Shown: positions 56,245 to 64,000 of the stretch, one piece after another | Numbering within the stretch: the stretch's first letter is position 1 | Layout: every line of letters starts with the position of its first letter | Origin: Candidatus Uhrbacteria bacterium | GTDB lineage: Bacteria > Patescibacteriota > Patescibacteriia > UBA9934 > GWF2-40-263 | Reading direction: 5' to 3' | Length of the DNA stretch: 64,000 nucleotides | Assembly (NCBI GenBank): GCA_023246355.1 | Contig: JAHFIQ010000003.1 | Coordinates: forward strand, 13,968-77,967 | Made by a program: the position numbers and the translations under genes | The notes under the pieces: generated by a model | Told to the model about the DNA's origin: nothing | The model's input: the letters and a program-made list of their open reading frames with translations, nothing else | The model's database searches: none

Positions 56245-57231
56245 CTAGAGCGCCCGTTCGAACAAGTCAGGACCGCTCCACCGACGCAACGACGACTTGC
56301 CATAGGCGGCGCGAACCGGGCTGCTGATCTGTACGACACGTGCCACATCGCGAAGTTGCTGGACCAATCCGTCACTGCTGCCAAAGCCTTCCTGCCAAAG
56401 CCTGAACAGGACGCTGTGCAGGTCCATGACCAGGGCCGCCTCCACGCCGGAGTAGATTTCCGATTGCGGATCCGACGGAGCCCAGACGTTGGTTGTGGAT
56501 GCCGGGGCACGACCCAGAGCTTGTTGGAGACGCGTTCTCAGAGATCGCGCGGTTGTTTGCGGACCGGACTGGATCGTGAGATCCCAGACAAGCTTTGCAA
56601 GCCGGAACTTCTCCTGGACGCCCTCATGTGCAGGTTCACATTGGTAGCCCATGGAAAGATACGCGGTGAAGCTTGCGCCGTTTTCAACACGCCCCCTGGG
56701 AAACAGGTTCACGGCTCGCATGCAGGCAGTGAAGAGCGTGTCTGCGATGGGTCCGGTTCTGACCAGCTTGATCAGGTCTGAGTGTGCGGGGAAAATCTCG
56801 ATCATCAGATCGACCTCTTCCTCTCCTGTTGCTGTATCGATCTCAAACCTCGTGATCGTGCCGCGCAAGGCGACAAGGCTTGGCGTCCAGCGCGCTGGCA
56901 CCACATCCCCGCAGGAGAGATCGACCCACGGGATGACCCGGGGGAACAGAACCCGTGAAGGAACGCGGTGGGTGACCAGTTGTACCACCCCTGCTTGCTG
57001 AGACTCTCTCAAGCCCTCAAGCTGAGGAAAGTCCACAAAGAGTTGTCGCCAATCCGCATGGCTCAGGCGATCGTCCTCTTCGTCGTTGATGGTGCTCTGT
57101 GCGTTGAGCAGATGAACAGCCGCTCCCCCGTGACTCCTCCCTTCTTTTGCAAGCGTTCGCGTCGTTGCCACACGGACACGACTTTGGTCCTCTCCCATGA
57201 ATAGCTCCAGAGTGCCCAGCCATCTAAACAC
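56245..57231 (-). CDS. uncharacterised protein, high-GC island 2 (paralog of 57283-58287)
   Basis: 328-aa ORF (possible alternative start MGEDQS at 57198). GC visibly about 60-65%. C-terminal block VLFRLWQEGFGSSDGLVQQLRDVARV resembles VLESLWKAAFAQDGDGGREGKVAAQLRRQG of the neighbour. Confidence 0.45.
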   Translation of the reverse strand: MFRWLGTLELFMGEDQSRVRVATTRTLAKEGRSHGGAAVHLLNAQSTINDEEDDRLSHADWRQLFVDFPQLEGLRESQQAGVVQLVTHRVPSRVLFPRVIPWVDLSCGDVVPARWTPSLVALRGTITRFEIDTATGEEEVDLMIEIFPAHSDLIKLVRTGPIADTLFTACMRAVNLFPRGRVENGASFTAYLSMGYQCEPAHEGVQEKFRLAKLVWDLTIQSGPQTTARSLRTRLQQALGRAPASTTNVWAPSDPQSEIYSGVEAALVMDLHSVLFRLWQEGFGSSDGLVQQLRDVARVVQISSPVRAAYGKSSLRRWSGPDLFERAL

Positions 57232-57282
57232 AAGCTGTCGCCTCTGTCAATCTATCCTGACAAAGTTAAAAGCAGGTGAAGA

Positions 57283-58287
57283 TCACCTGCCGCGCCTGGG
57301 GAATTGAACAACATGTTCATCGCTGAGCTCGTCCAGAAGATCTGGCGCGCCCAGCATGGTGAGATTGCCAGCTTTGCGATTGGCCTGCATGAGTTCCTTG
57401 AGAGGTCCCACGCCAATGCGTGTGGCTTCTAGGCGCTCGAGTGGGTAGCCCTGACGACGAAGCTGTGCCGCGACCTTACCTTCGCGACCGCCATCACCGT
57501 CTTGAGCGAACGCAGCCTTCCAGAGGCTTTCCAAAACCGGCTGGAATTCGATTGCCACGATGTCGTCGATGGCCTCCTCGTGAGCACCGCCGCCTTCCCA
57601 AGGGTCGTCGTCAGGAATCACAGGGACATCAAGCAGATCTGGTTCCACCACTCGCGCCCACGGATACACCTGTCGACCCATGAGTACGAAAGGACCCGAG
57701 AACGGCCAGTGCGCGGCCTCGTATTTCACTCCTTCACGCAGGTTGTGGTTGAGTGCCCGCGCGGCTTGCTTGCGAAGGGCATCTGTCGAAGAGGCTCGCC
57801 AGTAGCAGACACGACCGAGGTCACGCGCGATCGCGAAGGTGATCTCGAGGTACGTCCCCTCCGTTGCACGTAGGGGATGGAGCCCTTCATGGGCCTTCCT
57901 GATAGCCTCCAGCGCGTCGAACCGAGCCTCCACGGACTCAGGAAGCGGGGCCTCGAGTGGATCGAACTTCACGCGACCGGCCACATCTCGCTTCTCCCGC
58001 TTGGCGTGAAGCCGACGCAGGAGAGGCTCATCGAACGGAGAGATGATCACCTGCCAGCGCCAGCGATCGTCCATGCCTATGATGGACGGCGGCACTTTGT
58101 TGAAGGTCGTGCGCAGACCAATAGCTGCCGGGATCTCGAATCCACTACTCATACGCACAGTGGCAATCTTGTGCCTGCGTGCAAGATCCAGATCAGGCTT
58201 GATTTCTTTCCTTCCCTGCTCTCCTTTGAGCTGGGGGCTGAACGACACCTCCGCGAAGTGCTGCAGGGTCCTATCTTGAGCGGCCAT
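57283..58287 (-). CDS. uncharacterised protein, high-GC island 2
   Basis: 334-aa ORF, GC about 60-65%. No catalytic motif recognised. Weak internal similarity to 56245-57231. Confidence 0.45.
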   Translation of the reverse strand: MAAQDRTLQHFAEVSFSPQLKGEQGRKEIKPDLDLARRHKIATVRMSSGFEIPAAIGLRTTFNKVPPSIIGMDDRWRWQVIISPFDEPLLRRLHAKREKRDVAGRVKFDPLEAPLPESVEARFDALEAIRKAHEGLHPLRATEGTYLEITFAIARDLGRVCYWRASSTDALRKQAARALNHNLREGVKYEAAHWPFSGPFVLMGRQVYPWARVVEPDLLDVPVIPDDDPWEGGGAHEEAIDDIVAIEFQPVLESLWKAAFAQDGDGGREGKVAAQLRRQGYPLERLEATRIGVGPLKELMQANRKAGNLTMLGAPDLLDELSDEHVVQFPRRGR

Positions 58288-58335
58288 ACCTACCTCCTAC
58301 CAGCCAGATTGAAGCACGAGAACCTGGGAAAGTCA

Positions 58336-58368
58336 AAGCCGGGCTTTTGCCCGGCTTGTATTTCTTCG
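58336..58368. terminator. hairpin AAGCCGGGC-TTTT-GCCCGGCTT between rpsI and the high-GC island
   Basis: Perfect 9-bp stem. T-rich on the plus strand (TGTATTTCTTC) and TTTGACTTT on the minus-strand transcript, so a possible terminator/attenuator after rpsI. Confidence 0.4.
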
Positions 58369-58369
58369 A

Positions 58370-58774
58370 TTAACGTTTTGACCATTGAGGTGAGCGACGC
58401 GCAGATTTCTTTCCTGGTTTCTTACGCTCACGTCGGCGGGCATCTTGACTGAGAAAGCCGAGCTTTTTGAGCGCACTGCGAAATTCGGGATTGAACTCTA
58501 TGAGGCCACGGGCGATTCCCAGGCGGATACTATCAGCTTGACCGCGCACCCCACCACCAACGACATGGACCGTGACGTCAAAGCTGTCCTGTGTGCCAGT
58601 TTCTTTGAGGGGCGCCATCACCGATTCACGCAGAGTGATGAGTGGAAGATATTCGTTGAGGCCGCGTTCGTTGATGACGACTTTTCCTGATCCACCATGA
58701 TGCAACCGAACACGGGCTGTGGCAGCCTTGCGTCGCCCGAGTGATTCAATGTATTTGCCTGTCAGTGCAGCCAT
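58370..58774 (-). CDS. rpsI: 30S ribosomal protein S9
   Basis: C-terminal ...RRRERKKPGKKSARRSPQWSKR; S9 family blocks. Confidence 0.9.
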   Translation of the reverse strand: MAALTGKYIESLGRRKAATARVRLHHGGSGKVVINERGLNEYLPLITLRESVMAPLKETGTQDSFDVTVHVVGGGVRGQADSIRLGIARGLIEFNPEFRSALKKLGFLSQDARRRERKKPGKKSARRSPQWSKR

Positions 58775-58775
58775 A

Positions 58776-59132
58776 CTAATTTTTGATCGTCAAACGTTTT
58801 AGGCGTGGAGAACGCTGCTTGTTTTTTGGGAGCATGCGCGAAACAGCCTCTTTCAAAACCTTGGAAGGGTCGCTCGCCATCAGTCCTTTGAGAGTTCTCA
58901 TTTTCAAACCACTGGCGTAGGTCGTGTGTCGATAATAAATCTTTGCCTCTTTCACAGGATGGATTTTCATTTTTGAGGCGTTTGTCACCTGCACAAAATC
59001 ACCACCATCCACATTGGGGGCAAAGGAAGGCTTGTGTTTTCCGATGAGCAAAGCAACAACCGTGGTCGCCAAACGACCCGGAACCTTCCCTTCTGCATCA
59101 ATCGTGTGAATGTCGCGTTCTACGATTTTCAT
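58776..59132 (-). CDS. rplM: 50S ribosomal protein L13 (short form)
   Basis: N-terminal IDAEGKVPGRLATTVVALLIGKHKP. 118 aa, shorter than E. coli L13. Confidence 0.85.
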   Translation of the reverse strand: MKIVERDIHTIDAEGKVPGRLATTVVALLIGKHKPSFAPNVDGGDFVQVTNASKMKIHPVKEAKIYYRHTTYASGLKMRTLKGLMASDPSKVLKEAVSRMLPKNKQRSPRLKRLTIKN

Positions 59133-59479
59133 ACAAGTTCGATATGAACCATTTCAGCTGCATCGTTTTTTCGTGGACCAATTTTGCTGATGCGTGTGTA
59201 GCCGCCAGGACGCTGATCGTACCGAGGACCTAGGACTTCGATAATTTTTTTGACAGGATGATCTGTGTAGAACATCGACAACAGTTGACGACGTGAGGCA
59301 AGACTTGGCTTTTTTCCAACCGTGATGGCTTTCTCGACCAAGGATCTCACCGCCTTAGCTCGGGCCTGAGTGGTCTTGACTTTTTCGTGCAAAATAATAC
59401 TCGTGGCGAGATTGCGAAGCAAGGCCTCGCGCGGGGCTTTTTCTCGATCTAAAATTTTTCCTTTGTTGCGATGTCTCAT
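59129..59479 (-). CDS. rplQ: 50S ribosomal protein L17
   Basis: MRHRNKGKILDR...LATSIILHEKVKTT...GGYTRI signature. Confidence 0.9.
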   Translation of the reverse strand: MRHRNKGKILDREKAPREALLRNLATSIILHEKVKTTQARAKAVRSLVEKAITVGKKPSLASRRQLLSMFYTDHPVKKIIEVLGPRYDQRPGGYTRISKIGPRKNDAAEMVHIELV

Positions 59480-59484
59480 ACGTG

Positions 59485-60192
59485 CTAGGCCTCCTGAGTC
59501 ATTCCATGCCCTGGTGTTAACTGAGCAAACGAGTCAATCAAAATCTTTGCTGATTGTTCAACGGCCTCCTGTGGGGTGATCGTTCCGTCCGTTTCAATGG
59601 TCATGATGAGCTTGTCAAAGTTGGTGATTTCACCAACACGCGTGTTTTCCACACGGTATCCCACATTGCGAATCGGAGAAAAGAGAGAATCGATGGCAAT
59701 CGTTCCAAGCTCCTGCACTTCATTCACTCGTTCCTCGGTTGGAGAATAGCCACGACCCTTACGCACAGTGAGTTCTGCATCAAAAACCGCGGAATCCTCG
59801 GTCACCGTAGCGATGACCAAATCTGGATTCATAATTTCGACATCCGCGTTTGGAGTAATGTCAGCAGCCGTAACCGTTTTTGAGCCTTTGACGTGCAAAG
59901 AAAGCTTCACAGACTCATCAGAAAAACACTTCAATCGCAAACCCTTTAGATTCAAAATGATTTCAAGGGCATCTTCCTTCACACCCTTTACGGCCTGAAA
60001 TTCGTGGTTCACGCCTTTCATTTTCACCGCGGTCACGGCGGCTCCTGAAAGAGAGGAAAGAAGAACGCGGCGCAGGGCATTTCCCAGCGTCGTTCCGTAC
60101 CCATGGAAACAAGGCTCGACAATCAACACCCCTTCGTTGGGGCGAGTGCCGGCTTCGTACTGGATACGCGATGGAAGAAGGATGTTCTCCAT
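59485..60192 (-). CDS. rpoA: DNA-directed RNA polymerase subunit alpha, N-terminal domain only (no alpha-CTD)
   Basis: 235 aa; alpha-NTD dimerisation/assembly blocks (GYGTTLGNALRRVLLSSL, ELTVRKGRGY). ORF ends 6 nt before rplQ, leaving no room for an alpha-CTD. Confidence 0.85.
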   Translation of the reverse strand: MENILLPSRIQYEAGTRPNEGVLIVEPCFHGYGTTLGNALRRVLLSSLSGAAVTAVKMKGVNHEFQAVKGVKEDALEIILNLKGLRLKCFSDESVKLSLHVKGSKTVTAADITPNADVEIMNPDLVIATVTEDSAVFDAELTVRKGRGYSPTEERVNEVQELGTIAIDSLFSPIRNVGYRVENTRVGEITNFDKLIMTIETDGTITPQEAVEQSAKILIDSFAQLTPGHGMTQEA

Positions 60193-60207
60193 ACGATGAT
60201 AAAAAGA

Positions 60208-60822
60208 CTAACGAGAGTAAAATTCGACAATAAGGGTTGGCGCAAAACCTTGATCCAGATCCTCGCCTTCAGGCATGGCCGTGACTTTTCCGCTGAGTTC
60301 CTTGTCCGCACGTGCCACCCACTTTGGCGTTGTGGCGAGCTTCATGGTCTCAGGAATCATTTTGACCAATGGTTTCTCCAGCTTTGTTTCCTTCACGCCA
60401 ATCACATCGCCAACAGCAACCGCAAACGATGGAATATCGACGCTCTCACCATTAACCAGGATAAATCCATGACTGACCATTTGACGAGCTTGGCGACGAG
60501 TCTTTGCCCAACCAAGACGATACACAACGTTATCCAATCGCATCTCAAGCATCCGAACAAGGATTTCAGCCGTGTTCCCTTTTCCACTTGAGGCCTTCGA
60601 AAAAATATTTCGAAATTGTCGCTCCATCACACCGTACAAAGCCTTCGCTTTTTGCTTTTCCAAAAGCTGCTCACCGTAGGCAGACATGCGAGGTCGCATT
60701 TTGGACTGCTTAGGTCCATGCACACCAGGTGGATAGGCACGACGACGAGCGAACTTCTCTTTCCCAAGAACCAAACCAAGTCGTCGAGAACGTTTAACAA
60801 TAGAGGAAGTGTTTCTTGCCAT
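60208..60822 (-). CDS. rpsD: 30S ribosomal protein S4
   Basis: MARNTSSIVKRSRRLG...; S4 domain. Confidence 0.9.
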   Translation of the reverse strand: MARNTSSIVKRSRRLGLVLGKEKFARRRAYPPGVHGPKQSKMRPRMSAYGEQLLEKQKAKALYGVMERQFRNIFSKASSGKGNTAEILVRMLEMRLDNVVYRLGWAKTRRQARQMVSHGFILVNGESVDIPSFAVAVGDVIGVKETKLEKPLVKMIPETMKLATTPKWVARADKELSGKVTAMPEGEDLDQGFAPTLIVEFYSR

Positions 60823-60825
60823 AGA

Positions 60826-61242
60826 CTAGACGCGGCGTGGCTTAGGCGCACGGCACCCGTTGTGTGGAAGTGGAGTGATGTCCTTAATGGAAAGCACTTG
60901 AAACCCGTTGGCGTTCAGAGCTCGGATAGCAGAATCACGTCCCGTACCCACGCCCTTCACGTAGACGTTCACCTCTCGCAAACCGCTTTCTTTCACGCGA
61001 TCCGTTGCTGTTTTTACCACCACCCCTGCGGCGTAAGGCGTTGATTTCTTTGGGCCTTTAAACCCGCAGTTTCCAGCCGATGACCAAGCAAGCGTGTTGC
61101 CATTCAAATCCGTAAGTGTGACAATCGTATTGTTGTACGTAGCCTGAATATAGGCAGATCCCTGTGAGACCTGAGGCATGGCTTTTTTCTTTTTTGCTCG
61201 CGCCGCAGGAGCAGCGGCTGGGGCTTTCAACTCAGTGGTCAT
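60826..61242 (-). CDS. rpsK: 30S ribosomal protein S11
   Basis: ...IVTLTDLNGNTLAWSSAG...TPLPHNGCRAPKPRRV. Confidence 0.9.
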   Translation of the reverse strand: MTTELKAPAAAPAARAKKKKAMPQVSQGSAYIQATYNNTIVTLTDLNGNTLAWSSAGNCGFKGPKKSTPYAAGVVVKTATDRVKESGLREVNVYVKGVGTGRDSAIRALNANGFQVLSIKDITPLPHNGCRAPKPRRV

Positions 61243-61246
61243 AGCG

Positions 61247-61633
61247 TTATGTCTTTGTCAATGCACGGCGTCCACTTCCCATCGTCTTGCGCATATTGCC
61301 ACGGACGGTACGAGAATTGGATTTTGTCCGCTGGCCACGTACGGGAAGATGCTTGGCATGCCGTGATCCACGATAGGAACCGATTTCTTTTAGACGTTTG
61401 ATGCTGGCGAGACGATCGCGTCGCAAATCACCCTCAAGGCGATGGCCTTTTTCAATCAACGTTCGGATACTGTTGACTTGGTCGTCTGTGAGGTCCTTCA
61501 CGCGAATATCCTCACTCACTCCTGCGTCTTTCAAAACTTTCACGGCTGTGGGTTTCCCGATACCGTAAACGTACGTGAGAGCGATCACGACGCGTTTTTG
61601 AGTTGGGATGTTGATTCCAGCAATACGTGCCAT
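61247..61633 (-). CDS. rpsM: 30S ribosomal protein S13
   Basis: [10 protein letters not shown]... start at ATG rc 61631-61633 (internal Met of track ORF 61247-61678). Confidence 0.9.
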   Translation of the reverse strand: MARIAGINIPTQKRVVIALTYVYGIGKPTAVKVLKDAGVSEDIRVKDLTDDQVNSIRTLIEKGHRLEGDLRRDRLASIKRLKEIGSYRGSRHAKHLPVRGQRTKSNSRTVRGNMRKTMGSGRRALTKT

Positions 61634-61634
61634 A

Positions 61635-61748
61635 TTATCCTTGTCTCTGCTTATGGCGTGGATTTTTACAGGCCACAACCACGCGACCGTTGCGACGGCT
61701 CACTTTACAATCACGACAGATTTTTTTCGCCGAGGCTCTTACTTTCAT
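61635..61748 (-). CDS. rpmJ: 50S ribosomal protein L36
   Basis: Not in the ORF track (<60 aa). Manual translation [37 protein letters not shown] with the CxxC...CxxxxH zinc-ribbon typical of L36. Confidence 0.85.
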   Translation of the reverse strand: MKVRASAKKICRDCKVSRRNGRVVVACKNPRHKQRQG

Positions 61749-61751
61749 AAC

Positions 61752-61973
61752 TTAAAAACGATACACCACACGCCCTTTCGTCAGGTCATACGGACTGATC
61801 TCGACTTTTACCTCATCGCCAGGAAGCAGACGGATTCGGAACCTGCGCATCTTCCCTGAGAGGTGGCCGGTGATCGTTTGATCATTTTCGAGCTTAATTT
61901 TGAAGGTGGCAGACGGCAGAAGCTCTTCTACCGTGCCCCGCATCTCAATGAAATCTTTTGTCCCCTTGTCCAT
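61752..61973 (-). CDS. infA: translation initiation factor IF-1
   Basis: [73 protein letters not shown]; S1-like OB fold. Start at internal Met. Confidence 0.9.
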   Translation of the reverse strand: MDKGTKDFIEMRGTVEELLPSATFKIKLENDQTITGHLSGKMRRFRIRLLPGDEVKVEISPYDLTKGRVVYRF

Positions 61974-62088
61974 AAGAAAATAGCGTCCCAATCCTATCAT
62001 TGACCGGGATGGTTGGCAAGGAAAACCTGGAGATTTAAGGCGTCGGTATTGTACTGATCGTTCCAGTGAGTGTCAAGAAATGATCTTT

Positions 62089-63966
62089 TCACTCTAAAAC
62101 CGCCTTTATTCGACGAATACCGCTTGCCACGGCTTCTTCTTTTTGAATGCGAAACGTCCCCAAACCTCCGGTTCTTTCCACATGTGGACCGCCGCAGACT
62201 TCCTTGCTAAACGACTCTGCTGAAGCGTCTCCACCGATAAAGTAGACTTTGATCTTCCCACCGAGCTGTGCATACTTGTCTTCAAAGAGCCCGATCGCCC
62301 CACGATTCTTCGCCTCATCAAGATCAAGAATCTCAAAATGGACGGGCAGATCTTTTTGGATCTGTTCGTTCACAATCATCTCAACCTGCTTCTTTTCCTC
62401 TTCCGTCATTTTTTGAGGATGAGAGAAATCAAACCGCAGACGCTCTCCGGTGATGTTGGATCCCTTTTGTTCCACATGGGATCCCAAGACGGTTCTCAGA
62501 GCCTGATGCAGCATGTGTGTTGCCGTATGAAGACGTACGACTTCATCAGAATGATCAGCAAGCCCACCAGCGAATTTTTGCGCAGAGCCTGCTCGTGACA
62601 AATCTTGATGTTTTTTAAATTCGTCCTGAAAAACTTCCCGGTCGACCTGTTGACCTTTTTCTCGTGCCAACTCCTCAGTGAGCTCCCAAGGGAACCCATA
62701 AGATTGATAGAGGTTGAAGGCATCAGATCCGCTCACGATGCCCTTCATTGAGAGCTTTTCAAACTCTCGGAGGCCTTTTTCCAATGAGGCTTTGAACTTT
62801 TCTTCCTCCTTGGTGAGTTCATCCACAATCACGTGCTTCTTTTGGAGCAATTCTGGATAGGCATTTGCATACTCTTGAATAAACGCCTGAGCCACAGATC
62901 CACAAAAAACATCCTTCGCACCGATCATATTTCCAAACCGCACAGCACGTCTCACCAGACGGCGAACGTAGTAACCCTGATCTTTGTTGGAGGGAACCAC
63001 CCCGTCGGCGATCAGAAATGTCGCAGCACGAATATGGTCGAGAATCACTCGGAAGGCATACGTCCCATTGGTCTCATTGGACGAATAGGACCTACCAGAA
63101 ATTCCTTCGATCACTCGGCGAGCCTCATCAAACGCATCAATCAAAAACATGTCTGGCTCGTTAGCCACAGCGGCCGCAAGGCGTTCCAGCCCCCCACCAA
63201 AATCCACATTTGCCTTTGGCAGTAATTCAAATCCATCGGACGTCTTCTTGTACTGCATGAATACGTTGTTGCCAATTTCCATGAACCGACCGCAATCACA
63301 ATTCACGTGACAGGGTTCCGTGGAGAATGACGACTTCTCATGAAGTCCGCGTTCAACGCCAAAATCCCAAAACAATTCCGAGTCCGGCCCGCCGGGCTCT
63401 CCGATGGGCATGTTTTCAGGAATCCCCGATCGCGACCACCAATTTTTCTTTTCGCCATAAGAAAAAATTCTCCCGTCCTGCATCCCATCGCGTTCTGAGA
63501 AATCCACATCCTTTGCCTGAATTCCGACCGAAGCAAACACCTCCTTCCAATAGCTCACCGTTTCATCGTCGCGGGGGATCTCCTTGTTGCCGGAGAACAC
63601 GGTCACGTACAAACGTCTCGGATCCAACGGTAGCTCTCGTGTGAGAAACTCAAACATCCAGGCGACTTGTTCTTTTTTGAAGTAGTCACCCAAGGACCAA
63701 TTCCCGAGCATTTCAAAAAAAGTCGTATGGCGATTATCCCCTACCTCATCGATATCCTGTGAGCGAAAACATTTTTGTGAATCCGCAAGACGTGTCCCTT
63801 GTGGATGGGTCTCACCCAACAAATAGGGAACCATTGGCTGCATGCCTGAGCCTGTAAACAGTGTGGATGGGTCATTTTCTGGCAAGAGCGAAGAGGATGG
63901 AAGGACCTGATGACCGCGGGCAGCGAAAAAATCAAGGTAGCGTTGTCGGATCTCGTGGATAGTCAT
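62089..63966 (-). CDS. alaS: alanyl-tRNA synthetase, truncated form (catalytic plus tRNA-recognition plus editing core, no C-Ala domain)
   Basis: N-terminal class II motifs (MTIHEIRQRYLDFFAARGH, FTGSGMQPMVPYLLGETHP). Editing-domain HxxxH region (TATHMLHQALR). 625 aa versus about 870 canonical. Confidence 0.85.
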   Translation of the reverse strand: MTIHEIRQRYLDFFAARGHQVLPSSSLLPENDPSTLFTGSGMQPMVPYLLGETHPQGTRLADSQKCFRSQDIDEVGDNRHTTFFEMLGNWSLGDYFKKEQVAWMFEFLTRELPLDPRRLYVTVFSGNKEIPRDDETVSYWKEVFASVGIQAKDVDFSERDGMQDGRIFSYGEKKNWWSRSGIPENMPIGEPGGPDSELFWDFGVERGLHEKSSFSTEPCHVNCDCGRFMEIGNNVFMQYKKTSDGFELLPKANVDFGGGLERLAAAVANEPDMFLIDAFDEARRVIEGISGRSYSSNETNGTYAFRVILDHIRAATFLIADGVVPSNKDQGYYVRRLVRRAVRFGNMIGAKDVFCGSVAQAFIQEYANAYPELLQKKHVIVDELTKEEEKFKASLEKGLREFEKLSMKGIVSGSDAFNLYQSYGFPWELTEELAREKGQQVDREVFQDEFKKHQDLSRAGSAQKFAGGLADHSDEVVRLHTATHMLHQALRTVLGSHVEQKGSNITGERLRFDFSHPQKMTEEEKKQVEMIVNEQIQKDLPVHFEILDLDEAKNRGAIGLFEDKYAQLGGKIKVYFIGGDASAESFSKEVCGGPHVERTGGLGTFRIQKEEAVASGIRRIKAVLE

Positions 63967-64000
63967 AACGGACGCATTCTACAAAATCTGGATACAGATC

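Overview
This is a 64-kb window from a compact bacterial chromosome. The backbone is about 50% GC by eye. Genes are tightly packed, many with 1-4 bp overlaps, and I see no canonical GGAGG Shine-Dalgarno motifs. Several core proteins are shortened: RpoA is 235 aa with no alpha-CTD, AlaS is 625 aa, and PriA has lost its helicase motifs. That fits a reduced-genome lineage such as CPR/Patescibacteria, but this is inference only. Confidently recognised content includes a complete F1Fo ATP synthase operon (atpZ-like, atpBEFHAGDC), mreBCD with PBP2, pepA, rsmI, metG, cvpA, tatD, greA, lysS, alr, an FtsQ-like gene, an M23 peptidase, gltX, a WecG/TagA-type glycosyltransferase, clpB (preceded by a sigma70-like promoter overlapping a perfect CIRCE element, then a 93-nt 5'-UTR hairpin), an AKR, priA-def-fmt, a four-gene envelope-glycan cluster (O-antigen-ligase-like, GT2, GT4, Wzx flippase) and the tail of the alpha ribosomal operon (alaS-infA-rpmJ-rpsM-rpsK-rpsD-rpoA-rplQ-rplM-rpsI). 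The window also has a VKOR/CcdA disulfide pair, two secreted glycoside-hydrolase-like proteins, a small redox cluster (2Fe-2S thioredoxin-like ferredoxin, Cys-rich membrane protein, peroxiredoxin) and a UvrD-type helicase fused to a Cys-cluster PD-(D/E)XK nuclease followed by a DciA-like (DUF721) gene. Candidates for new biology are: (1) a gene at 50812-51348 with an N-terminal wHTH-like region and a C-terminal Cas2/VapD-like domain. It is flanked by direct repeats that carry the perfect palindrome CGTACGTACG, a third copy lies 6.6 kb away, and half-site arrays sit at another promoter. There is no CRISPR array or cas1 in the window. (2) Two sharply higher-GC islands (13.2-16.1 kb and 56.2-58.3 kb, roughly 60-70% GC by eye) that encode uncharacterised proteins. 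The first holds a 552-aa protein and a divergent protein with a histone-H1/AlgP-like KAAAP repeat tail. The second holds two tandem paralogs inserted between rpsI and the glycan cluster. (3) Two adjacent paralogs downstream of atpC that share beta-carbonic-anhydrase-like CxDG...HxxCG motifs. (4) A family of short CT-rich dispersed repeats (CCACCTAA / TCTACCTTATCCACC / ACAACCTAAAACCTAC) that sit across stop codons and just upstream of start codons through the 9.5-21 kb operon block, with one near-identical copy inside the helicase ORF. All functional calls come from reading the translated ORFs and sequence motifs by eye; no database searches were run.
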